From contig NC_135762.1 in NCBI RefSeq assembly GCF_052425735.1, positions 17,794,001 to 17,857,871 on the forward strand: a stretch of DNA of 63,871 bases, given 5' to 3'. This DNA comes from Oculina patagonica (taxonomy: Eukaryota). The notes beneath the pieces were generated by a model. That model ran no database searches and had not been told where the DNA came from. It saw nothing but the letters and a program-made list of their open reading frames with translations. Positions 43,199 through 55,108 of this stretch are shown here, in pieces; position 1 is the first letter of the stretch, and each line of letters starts with the position of its first letter. Both the position numbers and the translations under genes were made by a program.

Positions 43199-43495
43199 TT
43201 AAGATCTCAGGCTAGGGAAGCCCCATATGGTGGGAGCATTTGAGGACTTTTGTAGGCAGACAGCTTCCCCTTGGACTGGGGAATTTGTTGATAATTGTGG
43301 ACAAGATTGTAGCCCGTAAAGAAGCTCCTTGAATTGGGTTTGTGAAAGTAAAATATATATAGGTTAGCAAAACTAACTCACCATATTTCTCTTAATGTCA
43401 TCAGTGTCATGGGGCCTGATTGCATGAGCCGGGCTGGCTCAGTTTGCTGAGATGCCTTTCAGCCCGGTTTTAGCACGAATGATCAGAGCACAAAT

Positions 43496-45025
43496 GAAGA
43501 GCTGCGGGAATAAACGGCCCCTGGACTTTCTGACTAAATCGAACATTATCGAAACAGCTCCAAATTGCGCATGCAGGTTTGTTTACGTGTGCTTAATAAT
43601 GTCCTGTCTTTCATTTCACTGGTCTTTGTTTCGTTTTTGAAAAATTACACATGCAAAAAGACAAGGTTTTTGCTCGCGCGGCTTCTTTTGTCTTTTCTTT
43701 TACAAACGATAAACAAAGGAAACCTTTTGTTTCTCAAAACGATGAAGTTAGCTAAAGTTTTGGGATTACAGGCCTAGCCCCAACCCCTTAGCTTAACCCT
43801 AGCGAAAAAAAGCTTAACCCTAAACCCCAAGGGTTAGGGTTAGGGTCTGACGCTAGGGTTTCATTTCAAATTTAGGGTTAAAAAGCTAAACCCAAGTTTA
43901 AGGGTTAGGGTTAGCGTTAGCGTTTCAAGCGGCTAGCTTTCACTGCAGTCTGCTTGCGGTTAGCTTCTTTTTGTTGTTTCGGGCAAGACTATTTTACTCT
44001 GTTACCGTTAGCTGTAATTTTGAGGTGAAAGTGAAATAAAGACCGATTGTTGATTGAATACGTTTGCTCGTGTTGTCACATTATACTAGTTTTGCTTTCA
44101 GTTAAGTGCCGCCAGCTTGCTCTCACTTCTATCTCCACTCCTTACATCATCACACATCTACAAAATCCCGCGAAAACAAGATAAACTAAGGCACGAATCG
44201 ATTGATTGATTTATTGATTGATGAATATTTAATGAGGCACAGAAAATAATTTTGCGAGGGAACGTCCCCTGCGAAACCTATAAAGAATTTTTTAAAGTCT
44301 AAAACCAGGTCACTTCTCGGCAACTTTGTCGCGGCAGAACCCAAGCGGACCCTGCAAAACTCGCGTTGACGAAGTTCCCGGCAAGAAACCTCTTGTTTTA
44401 GGCCTTCTATGCGGCCAGGCTCAAACTACCTTGTTTGCAACGTTTTTTTCCGAAGCGCTAAACAGCGCTGTTGTACAAAACAAAGGCAGAAACATCACTC
44501 AGTTCTTCGAGCGATGCTGTAAACTTACGGGTATTCAGACTTAATGATGTCCTTCAACCACCTGGCAGCCGCAATCGAGCTAAAACTATAAACTTTTCCG
44601 TTTTACTTTCACAGGCGCCATTTCGCTTAATTCAAACTCTTCCGCCTCTAACATGTGACCTTACGTCACAATGCAGTATCCAGTCCTACTCTACTCAAAT
44701 CAACAAAAAAACATGCGCAGCGAGTCGAAAGAATGCTTGTTAAATGGTTTCTCGTCTTCCGTAGACGCTTAGAAAACCCTACAGGGAAAGATGTAAACGC
44801 GATGCGTTGGAAAACTCAGACTGCTAGCTGACTGGAAGCACGTAAGCCTGCAAAATGCCTTTTTTTGCATACATAATTTCTGAAAAACGGAGAAAAGGCC
44901 AGCCGAATGCAACACAGGACAGTGTTTAGCACACGTAAACAAACCTGCATGCGCAATTTGGAGCTGTTTCGATAATGTTCGATTTAGTCAGAAAGTACAG
45001 GGGCCGTTTATTCCCGCAGCTCTTC
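43496..45025. mobile_element. Non-autonomous DNA transposon with ~97-bp TIRs and a 4-bp AAAT TSD (Sola-like)
   Basis: aaat|GAAGAGCTGCGGGAATAAACGGCCCC...GGGGCCGTTTATTCCCGCAGCTCTTC|aaat. The superfamily is inferred from the 4-bp AWWT TSD only. Confidence 0.8.
43775..43925. repeat. Degenerate telomere-like CCCTAA/TTAGGG repeats in both orientations
   Basis: ttaaccctag, ttaaccctaaacccc, gggttagggttaggg, gggttagggttagcgttagcg. Confidence 0.7.
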
Positions 45026-45689
45026 AAATGATCTTGATCACGTATTTCTGGCAATTTGGTGGTTAATTTTTTGCACTTATGTGGATGGGTTACTTTACCT
45101 CTACATCCTATTTAGAAGGAGGAGCATTGATTTTTTTGTCGGATATTGTGCTCGGAAGAGAAATTTTATGCTGGTCCTTTAGTCAGGCTGGCCCAGTGAA
45201 TGCGATTACATGGAAAATTTTCAGCCCGGCTAGCCGGAATCCCCGCATCGCAATACCGGGATCTCGGCTAACCGGGCTGGCCCGGTATTTATGTAATCAC
45301 AAAGTTGATTTTTGTTGCTCTTAACAGGCGTGCCGAGATCTCGGCAAACCGATTCAGCCCAGCTGACCAGGCTAGCCCGGCTCTTGTAATCCCAATCCCA
45401 TAGTCTGGTCCGTTTAGTCGGACTGGCCCAGTGAACGCGATAACATGGAAAATTTTCAGCCTGGCTAGCCAGGATCACGATACGGGGATCTCGATTAACT
45501 GGGCTGGCCGGGTTGTGATGTAATCGCGAAGTTGATTTTTGTTGCGTTGAACAGACGTGCCAAGATCTTGGCAAACCGAGCCAGCCCCGCTAACCGGGCC
45601 AGTCTGGCTCATGTAATCAGGCCCATAGTCTTTTAGTGAGGCAAGGCAATGATAAGAATCCAATTTCTTTTCCTTTAATTTTTGAATAC

Positions 45690-46160
45690 TGTTCAAATAT
45701 GTTGATTTTAATATATGGTTCATTAGACAAAATCCATTACCAGATAACATGCCAAATAAGGTTATCATTACCAGTCCTTTGCATTTTTGGCTAGGTTTTC
45801 AAAATGAACAGAAATCTTTTCAGTTGTTTTGTATTTGTCTAGCAGTTCATGCTTGACATTAAATAAACAAGAGATCTAAAAAACTTTAACTTGATATCAA
45901 GTGTCTTATTGCTATTTTATTTAGCCTTGGATTTTATTCATCTTTTCAGTCTGTGGTTCATTAGACACAATCCATTACCAGATATAGAAAACATGCCAAA
46001 TAAGGTTATCATTACCATGGCCATGTTTTCAAAATTGACATAAATATTTTTAGTTGTTTTGTGTATTTTGTCAAGTCCTGCAGGCTTCCTATAAAATAAA
46101 CAAAAGACCTGAAAAACTTGATATGTTAATTGTTTAATTGCTTTTTTATTCAGCCTTGGC
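45690..46160. repeat. Two-copy tandem duplication (~240 bp)
   Basis: tggttcattagaca.aatccattaccagata...aggttatcattacca occurs at ~45716 and ~45954. Confidence 0.75.
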
Positions 46161-46480
46161 AAAAGATGAGTCACACTTGGTGAAGGAAAATGAGCAGGCA
46201 CAAAGTATCCAGCTCAGCCATAATAAAGATGCTGGGGTTTCTGCTGACAAATCGCTGACGGATCTAAACAGAAGACACCTCAGTCATGTCAAAGATCCCA
46301 GGAGTTCTAATGACCAACCACTGCTACTGGGATGTGGGGTCTTTGGCCAATGCTACAATATGTTTTATAGCCAGGCATGTAAGTTGCTGTTAAACAATTC
46401 AACAAATATCTGTCGTCAAAGTTTTGAAAGTCACTAAAGAAGCATCACTCTTAAAACAGTTAGACAACCCCTGTTTCACC
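46155..46480 (+). pseudogene. Protein kinase N-lobe pseudogene fragment
   Basis: LLLGCGVFGQCYNMFY / GM*VAVKQFNKYLSSKF / VTKEASLLKQLDNPCF covers subdomains I-IV, with two frameshifts and stops. Confidence 0.75.
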
Positions 46481-46639
46481 CCTGGTTACATCAGTAAACA
46501 ATGACTCCTTTTTTTCACAGGTTAATGATACAACCGAATCCCAGCAGATAAAATTTCATTCTCTTAGTGGATGCTTTGATAAATTAAGACAATTTCAATA
46601 AATTCCATTAAAGGAAAGACCAGTCATCTTTGTTACATA

Positions 46640-47081
46640 CAGTTGAACCCCAGTAACTCGAACTCTGAAGGGAAACGAAAAACAGTTCGAGTTAGCGGGG
46701 TTTTCGAATTAACCGAGTAAAAATGACTGAAAAGTGGGTTCAAGGGAAATAGAAGCTAGTTCGAGTTAGCGGGGTTGTTTGAGTTATCCGAGTTCGAGTT
46801 ACCGGGCTTCTACTGTAGTTTCCACTATTGGGTTTTCAAAATGCGGTCATTTTTAGTAAGCCCACTGTCAAGATGTGGTCGTCTTTAGTCAGTCAGTGAA
46901 AACTACAGTAGAACCCCGGTAACTCGAACTCGGATAACTCGAACAACCCCGCTAACTCGAACTAGCTTCTATTTCCCTTGGATGCACTTTTCAGTCATTT
47001 TTACTCGGTTAATTCGAAAACCCCGCTAACTCGAACTGTTTTTCATTTCCCTTCAGAGTTCGAGTTACCGGGGTTCAACTG
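46640..47081. mobile_element. Two inverted copies of a 176-bp pogo/Tigger-type MITE (46640-46815, 46906-47081)
   Basis: ta|CAGT(T/A)GAACCCC..TAACTCGAAC...GAGTTACCGGG..ACTG|ta, with TA flanks. Confidence 0.85.
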
Positions 47082-49590
47082 TATATAACAATGTAAATAC
47101 CAATCATGATTGACAATAAATAAGCAAGCAATTATTTTATTATTTTCTTGAAACCCTTTTTGTTATAGACATAACCTTCACATAGAAAAAAAAAACAGTT
47201 GAGGATTTACTGATGTAACCATGTTTTTTAGCCCAAAGGTGACAAACGAAGAATTTATTATTTTTTCTTGAAATGATTATTGAACAATTTGAATGTTATT
47301 GTTGGTGTTCAGCTTTCCACTTTCTTCATGAGTATCATAAATGACTGTAATGGAAACTTTTTGAAATCCCCTACTCAACTTTCAAGCAGTGGTTACTTTA
47401 TAGAGGTGAAATATAAAATGAGCTGACTGTTGGGCCTTTGTCCAGCAGTTTTTTGTTGTCCTGTTTGAATTTAGGCAGAGGCACCTGGCATTATCAGGAA
47501 CAGATCTTTTTGCGTTCGACGAAGGAGAACGCATTCCTAATTTCAAGTGGTGTCCTGTACACATACTGGGTGTCCTGCGTATACCAGGGGGAATTTTGGA
47601 GCTAGCATAAATGCCTCGCTTTCAAGTTATCGACGCCCATTTAATGGGCATACACACTTGGACTTACCGCACATGACATCACACTTATCAACGCTTATAA
47701 CTTGCCCACAAGTCAGTCCGATAAGACCCAAAAAAACAAGGGAGAGTAGGGCGGTGGGGATAGCCGGGTGTTGGGGAGAGACACCCAACGATCAATTTTC
47801 TGTCTAAATAGTGAAAATGGCAGTAAACAGACAACCATCGAAGCTCCTGTCGATGGCCACCCATGAGACAAAAAAAGTATTCAAAACTATAACTGCCTGC
47901 TTACAGAAGTGATTTTCAAAAACTAAGATTTCAAAAACCCGTATGGTTATACCATTGCAGCCATAACTAGAGATGCATGACCACCCCTTATAGGGTTCGC
48001 TTGGAGAGCTTCCACTGTAGTAGTAGTAGTATTCCTCCGCAAGTGGGATATGTGCCAGAACATAAGGGAGTTAGGTCGTCATGTTTTCATGGTAGGGAGA
48101 TTATGATTTCAAGCCTATAGCTAGGCGGATCCTTGTTGATGGTCGAAGTCTGATCTACACGTGAAAAATCATTGAAAATTTTATAGTAAGCTTGGGGAAT
48201 AGCCTGCGAATATTGCCGCCACTCATCGCTCCCGCTACTTCGCTTTTCGCATGTGAAAACACGAAACATTGAAACAGACAGTTCTTGCAAAGAGAGCAAA
48301 TATTAAGAAGAATTAAAGTGAACCATGGGCTCCTGAGTGAACTGAATTTAAACATTTGCCTCGGTAGCAAAAATTTGATTAATTCACATATTTGCTCCCT
48401 GGCAAATGTGAGCGTAATTGAGGCAAAATAATTGCTTTGACACATGCGCACATCTATAACAAATGTACACGTTTGCTTGTATGGCAAATCCGAGAAAATT
48501 GACCGTAAAGATACTTATTTGTATCTCGCGCAAATGTGATGTAAACCTAGTACAAACAATTTATTTTGCACAGTGTTTACTTGAATTTGCATTAAGTAGT
48601 AAACGTGTAATTTATACACAGAAGGCAAATGTTTAACAAATGAATATGAAAGTTAAAAATTTGCCTTGAGAGCAAAAGTGAGGTAAATAAGGAGCAAATG
48701 TCATCTTTGCGTCACATTTGCACAAAAATTCATCAGATACAAACATTTGTGTTTACATGGACTTTACAACTTGAGCAAATTTAGTGCAAAGATAGATGCC
48801 CAAATTTGCATCATATTTGCTCAACTTTCAAACTTGAGTAAATCCATTTTTTGGTCCAGTGTAATAAAAAAAAAATTGATGGGCTATTGAGATAACACTG
48901 CACTGATAAATATGACAAAATCAAGTACAAACACCATAACAGAGATGATCTAATAAAAAAATTATGCAAAGTTGTTGGTTGTGCTTTTGTTACTTTTTCA
49001 GTGATTTGCTTTTTTTACCAAGTGTATTTTTTGGCCGGATGCCTTATTTCCGCGGTCTGCATGATTAAAATGTTCAAGTGTTAAAGATAAACCCTTTACA
49101 GCATCCATCTCCACTTTTTTGGCGAACTGTAGGCTCAAGGGTATAATGCATGGCAACTGCCTAACTGGTAATATGTTGCCAGTTTGCCTCACTTAATTAT
49201 TCATTAACGATGCTCCTACTACGGGAAGATTGCAAATATTCATAAATTCGTGGAATGTGCTAACTTGACAATTAAACGTTGATAAAATAGACTTTCAAAG
49301 GAGTTTTAGATGAAAATAAAAACGAAATACAGGGCATACTGTTAAAAGTATGGTATGATAAAACGGCTTTGACGAATAATTAAATCGAAAAAGCAATAAA
49401 AAGGCACACTGCAACAGACTTAACTGAAATAGACTGAAAGCTATGTAAGTGCAATGGCAAGAGAGTTAAAGGGGTGAAAGCTCCGTGCAAAAACAGGCAC
49501 AAAACTGTTAAGGGTGGTTAATCTGAGATTTGATGTTGCCAGTAGTTGAACACGCACCTCCTGGCATACACGTGGTAGTATTTATTTCCT

Positions 49591-50302
49591 TTTTACGACT
49601 GAATTTTTAATTCGGGAGTATAGTGGGTAGCCCGACTTCACTCACATGGTTGGTCGGTCGGTTGGTTGGTTTGTTGGTTGGTTGGTTGGTCCATCAACTG
49701 TAAACATTTTGACAAGAAAAGAAAGAGCGTAGCAAGGCGGCCGTAACTGAAGGCTATTTTGTAACGTTTAACAAGGAAGACAAAAGCAAAGAAACAAAAT
49801 GCGGCTGAAAATTATGTGTGGAAGGTACTTGACCGACGAAAAGAGGACATAAAAACGATGCACCGATCGATCTCTTTCGTATACTTACCTGAATCCGTCT
49901 ATATATTCTGATATATTTATTTACAGCATTATTACTGTACGGCACATGTTAATGCTTATATAATAATCAAACCATTTTCGTGCTACGGAATAAAAACAGA
50001 AAAAAAGGACACTTCTGGGTTTTGAACCCACGACCTCTCACACGCCATCCTGAAACCTACACGACTGAGCCAATCCGCGAATCTCAGTCACGTGAGATGA
50101 AAAGATCCTATATCAATGTAATAGACATTGTGTGCTCAACCGCCGATTGTCTGCAATTTTCACGCATGTTTCCTCGTTTTTTGCTTTTTTAATTGCATGA
50201 AAGAAATGTTTGAATCACCTGCTGCTCATATATATTCAAGTTATGAAAACCAAACGTAAAACTTGGTGAAAAAAAATTCAGTCGTGGCTCGAAGAGCTCT
50301 TT
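49591..50302 (+). mobile_element. Helentron-associated non-autonomous element (DINE/HINE-like)
   Basis: Subterminal IR acgactgaatttt (49595) / aaaattcagtcgt (50273), a 5' short hairpin, a (GGTT/GGTC)n microsatellite, a 3' hairpin gctcgaagagc, and T-rich flanks. Confidence 0.65.
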
Positions 50303-51173
50303 GATTAAATAACCAATTCGGCAGGAAGCTTTACAAGGGCTCGAGGGAGAAGTGCTCACGAAAAAGGTCGTGCATGGAACGTTTTCTTAGGCAGCTAAAT
50401 CTGGGAATATTTTCGCTGCAGAAAGCTGGACACATCATGGATGCGCTGGGTAGAGCATAGATAGGGTTGGAGACGAAAGGACGCTCTTATTTTTGTGGGA
50501 AGTAAATCTTAGGGTTGACGTCGCAGTCTGAAGTTCGCTGAGTACACACAGGAATGGAATGGGTACCGGTAGTTTCTTTGCCAAAGTTTATGAAGAACCC
50601 TGTAGTTAAAGGCTTACGAATTTCTTTTGGCTGCTCAGGCAGAGAGTATTAAGAACTTTTGAGAGAAGAAACGTTCCGGCTAAACTTGCATGGAACTTTT
50701 TAGGTGCTAAATTTAGGGGTTTGACGTCGTTAGTAGTTGGAAACTAAGAAAGAAACTCATCTCCTGGAATGGGTTATGAAATTACTCAACTTACTGGATA
50801 AACCTGCAGCCGGGGACCTGAAAGTGTACAGTATAGTCAAAAGTATAGAGTTAATATCAAGTGACTGCTATGTCAACACAGCTATAACAATGTCTTTTAT
50901 TTTACAATCCGACAACAAGACTGAAATAATACTGACACGAGACATTTGCCAGCAGCCAATGTGATGTCAGCATGATACGGACAAGTTGACAGTCAGTTTA
51001 ACTGAGAACTGCCTCCTATCCATGTTTATATGCTAGAGAATTGTAGTATGTCTCTTGTGGGACAATATCAGCTTTACATGGAAAACAATTACAGCTAATT
51101 ACACTAAAATAAATAAATAAATCAAACGCAAACGAAATGAGGAAAGCAGTAATTATATAAGTTCAATCTCGCT

Positions 51174-51734
51174 TAGGGCTTTCCACAAATTGCTCGGCAA
51201 CTTTGCGGCAACTTTGTGGCAACTTTTCATGTTTCGAGCAACTTTTTCCCCTTCGAACAACTTTTTTCCTCTCGAGCAACTTGTGTCATTTTGAGCAATT
51301 TCCAGACCGAAGATCTCCGAAGATTATCCGAGTGTTGTTCAAAGGCCATACGAACATTTTCGAAGATTTACGATGATTGACGAAGATTTTCGAGAAACGT
51401 CTGAAGACGTTGCAACTTTTGGCTCATTCTGCATTAAAACATTACAAAAACTTCTCAGCAAACATGACATCATCATTTTACAAATTTTCCCCTTGATATG
51501 TTATTTAGATACTTCTTTTGCTGTAAAATTGCATAAATTGCTTAGAAATCTTTTTTTGTTTTCAAATCTAACCCTCAAAGGGAAATTAGTATATATTAAA
51601 TTAAAAGGAATTATCTTAATTAGAAGCAGAGTTTTGAATTTTTTTTGGAGCAACTTTCGAGCAACTTTTGTCATCAGAAGCAACTTTTTTGGATTTTTGA
51701 AGCAACTTTCTCGAGCAACTTGTGGAAACCCCTA
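51174..51734. mobile_element. hAT-like MITE
   Basis: TIR TAGGG(C/G)TTTCCACAA, 8-bp TSD atctcgct/atctcgcc, and GAGCAACTT subterminal repeats. Confidence 0.8.
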
Positions 51735-52465
51735 ATCTCGCCTAAGGAAACAAATGACTGGTAGTACTGGTCAAACTCGTGTATACGTACTAGGTTATAA
51801 CAAATTCTGCGAGGAAGAGCAATTTCATTGATTTAATACTGCGTATGTTTGATATGTGCTATATATCACAGCACATAAAAAGGATTAAAACCACGCCCCT
51901 TCTGGAACAGCTTTTGGCGCTGGAATAGTGAGTTGTTTTGCTCTAGCCCAGGCCTCTCTCGGGGTGAGTTGAATTCTCGTTTGCCCGGGACTACAATAAG
52001 TTTGATTGACAGCTATGTTCATGTCCGCGTCAATTTCTGACAGGTCTGATATTTCAGACGGTAGGTCTTCATCAGGACCACCTTCAGGGAGCACTTTTCC
52101 TTTCTTTGTCCTTTGCCTTCTCCTTGTAAGCAATAAAAATAAAATACAGGGACATGAAGAGGCAGCAAGTAGAGAAGCTGTCACAACTACTCCTATCTCC
52201 ACTGGAGTAAGACCTTGTTTAAGCTCCCTTTCCTTTTCAGTAGGAGACGTATAGCGGGACGTGGTTACACTCCACTCTAAAAAAGAAATAACATTCAATT
52301 ATTTCCCCTTTTTATTTTAGCTTTTGTAATAAGGAGATAACAACTCTCTTCTCTACTTTAAAGCTTTAAAGTTTACTCTTGTTATGATTTTTCCTTTAGT
52401 TGAAACCATGAACCCTAACATTTCCGTCAATCGGCTTACGCAGAGTACAAAACAACTCGAATACT

Positions 52466-52900
52466 ATATATATGATAATGCAAATGCGGCCTTACACTAC
52501 TGAAGACCTGAAAAAAATTTTCAGGCTCTGAGCGGGAGTCGAACCCACGACCTTTGCGTTGCCAGTGCAATGCTCTACCACTGAGCAGGTCTTCAGTAGT
52601 GTAAGGCCGCATTTGCATTATCATATATATATTTCATTGCTACTGCTGGACACACATTCATTTATTTCACATATACTTGGGCCGAGTATCATGTCCACCA
52701 TAAAGGGATTACCCATATACGACCGCTCTCATGTGGCTTTGATAGCTCAGTGGTAGAGCATTGCACTGGCAACGCAAAGGTCGTGGGTTCGACTCCCGCT
52801 CAGAGCCTGAAAATTTTTTTTTCAGGTCTTCAGTAGTGTAAGGCCGCATTTGCATTATCATATATATATTTCATTGCTACTGCTGGACACACATTCATTT
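52466..52900. mobile_element. tRNA-derived retroposon insertion with an inverted plus partial tandem structure and a 12-bp TSD
   Basis: TSD aactcgaatact at 52454-52465 and 52901-52912. Minus copy at 52466-52586, then a plus-strand unit with a directly repeated ~75-bp tail. Confidence 0.85.
52735..52808 (+). tRNA. tRNA-like sequence with anticodon GGC (Ala); probably SINE-derived or pseudo-tRNA
   Basis: Cloverleaf: GGCTTTGA/TCAGAGCC, GCTC/GAGC, TTGC..CTGGCAA..GCAA, GTGGG-TTCGACT-CCCGC. A and B boxes are intact and a T-run follows. Confidence 0.6.
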
Positions 52901-53032
52901 AACTCGAATACTGTCAAGGACATTTTAAAAAGTTCTGACATCGCGTTACAACTAAGACTATTTGTCCGAAAGCTATTTTCTCGGTCGATCTCGGCGTGTT
53001 GAGACAAATGGCTTGTGCAGCCCCAGTCTTAA

Positions 53033-54066
53033 GGTGGCTCGTACCGGTTTTTCTTGCGTGGGAAGTCTGGTGACTAGCGCGCGCGTCACGCTTCATGCCC
53101 ACGAGTCACGCGCGAGATTTGAAAAGAAAAACAAACATGGCGGCCGAGTGCGAGGTTGCTTTTCTTCATTTTAAGAAAGAAATTCCGCGTTCCACTGAAG
53201 TTTTTTCAACAAGAACATTTTAAGTCAACTTAATGTTCGACAGTCAAAATGTTTTCGGATCTCACTGCTCGAGTTACAAAAGCAAATTCGCATGTGCTAC
53301 GATCGATCTTGTCGGAGATCGTGACTCAATTCCACTTTTTTCGTTTCAGCTTATTTGAGTTCGCTTTCAAACACATGATTATTCAGACAAAGAAATACTA
53401 AACAGTAAGACCTAAGAGGCACAACTGGCGCTAACTGAAACTGGCTAAATCCCATAAAATCCTGAGCGGAAAAGTTTCGCAGACAAAGCGAGGGGAAGTC
53501 CACGCGTGTTGCGCGCGTATGTGCCCGCAAAGATCAGCGGTAGTCAGAACTGAGCATGAGTAAATACCAAACTTTTAAAATCGAAATTTTAAAGTGCGCG
53601 GAAACGCGCGTGGGAATTATTGAGTTCGCGAAGGCTTTAGCAAGAAAACTAACCCGATGACCCCTATTTTTTATTGCCCTAATATTTTCCTTTTATGTAA
53701 AGGAAACGCCAGAAAAAATCTAAAAAAATTCTACGAAAGGAATTTTTAATTACTTACAAATTGCTCTTTTTTGCATTTGCAAAAAATCCGCTTCGTAGAA
53801 TTTTTTTAAAATAATTATACAGTTTCTTTTTCATATGCTTAAAGTTATCACGAGAAAAAAAATGGGGGTCATCGAGTTAGTTTTCAAGATATAAGCACTG
53901 GAAACTGAAAAAGGGTCCAAAAAAATCATTGCCTACTGTTGCCATGGTAACCACTGATGACGTAATTTAATTATACAAAAATTTTGTTACGATCTTTAAT
54001 TATTTTTTTGGCCATTTTCTTCCAAACGTCGCACAGTCAAAAACCTGAAAACTGGTACGAGCCACC
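53033..54066. mobile_element. TTAA-flanked non-autonomous transposon (Kolobok-like)
   Basis: ttaa|GGTGGCTCGTACCGGTTTT...AAAACTGGTACGAGCCACC|ttaa, with an internal inverted repeat at 53650-53890. Confidence 0.8.
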
Positions 54067-55108
54067 TTAAGTTGTGTCCTGAACTGGGTGAGCTAGCACG
54101 AGCCTGCCAAAGCATCCTGTTTTCATCTTTTACTTTTTAGCAAGCCTTACGGAAATCTCTTTGGCTTTTATTTGATATTCAGTAAAATCCCGATATAACG
54201 AAGTTCCAACGCGAAGGACTGGGAAAATGTGCCCGTTATAATCGGGCTTTGTTATAACGTTGTACCTTTTTAGTTTTTTTTTTAAATTACATTTTAGTAT
54301 TGTAGATGAGTTTAAACTTTGATAACTGAATGTCCAATTTAAGCGCGGCACCTCCTTTTCTTGAATATGGCCCTTTTTATCATAACTATCAGCAGAAAGC
54401 CAAAACGCGATGCAAAGGGTCATATTAGTCAAGGTCGTCTCACCTGTGGTACTGGTAGCATGCTCAGTGGTCGGCTGCGGTGTTGGCGGTGAAGATGAAT
54501 ATGGATGACACAGGTAATCAAACGCACCAAGAGCAAACATTTTTGTTACTGTAATTTTAGCTGTGGCAGCTTCTCCATTAACAAGAGGAACGTTGAGAAA
54601 GAATTGTCCCGATTTTACCGCTTGTTCAAGTCGTTCTTTCATTGTGTTGATTGGATACATGCTTATTTCACCCTCGTTGCTCAAAGAAAACTGTACAGAT
54701 GTCTAGGATAGAAATAGTAATTTTAAGAGACAGAGCGAAGGAAATTAAATCATTGAACAAGAAGTTCCGCTATACCAGGATTTACACTTTACGGGCGCGA
54801 GGGCGCGAAATCTGGGCGTTAATGGCTTAATAATTGAAGACCCCCACTAAACATGCTTCAAAATCTCATGGAACAAAAATAAACCGTAAAAAAAAAAACA
54901 GGGAAACAATTGCAAATGCTTTAACAGGACATTCTTAGAAAATTGAAAAATCATTAGAAAACGAATGGAAAATCATTTTATCAGTAAAGATCTTGGTCCG
55001 AAAATACTCTAGGTTTTTATCAGTTTGATTGACAAATTGTTGTAAGGATGGCCAAGATAGGCCTCTTTTATACTAGAACTTCATGCTTAACTTGCCATAA
55101 GTCAGTTA

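Larger units (their letters stand above)
43411..45624. mobile_element. PIF/Harbinger-like MITE with internal ~230-bp repeats, interrupted by the 43496-45025 element
   Basis: TIR GGGCCTGATT(G/A)CATGAGC...GCTCATGTAATCAGGCCC; repeated ggctggcccagtgaa..catggaaaattttcagcc units at 45185 and 45420. Confidence 0.7.
35581..48861. mobile_element. 13.3-kb CACTA/EnSpm-like element (CACTG termini, TAA TSD) with decayed cargo and nested TEs
   Basis: Left end taa|CACTGCACGAAAAAATGGATTTAC; right end GTAAATCCATTTTTTGGTCCAGTG|taa. Dense AGCAAAT/ATTTGC subterminal motifs at 35600-36300 and 48280-48840. Confidence 0.8.

Noticed and set aside
47382-47807. Cys/His-containing minus-strand frame (CTGHHLKLG) as a possible transposase N-terminus
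   Set aside because: Too fragmentary to assign without a search.
52735-52808. Functional tRNA-Ala gene
   Set aside because: It has a GGC anticodon, an 8-bp acceptor pairing and an anticodon-stem mismatch, and sits inside a TSD-flanked insertion.
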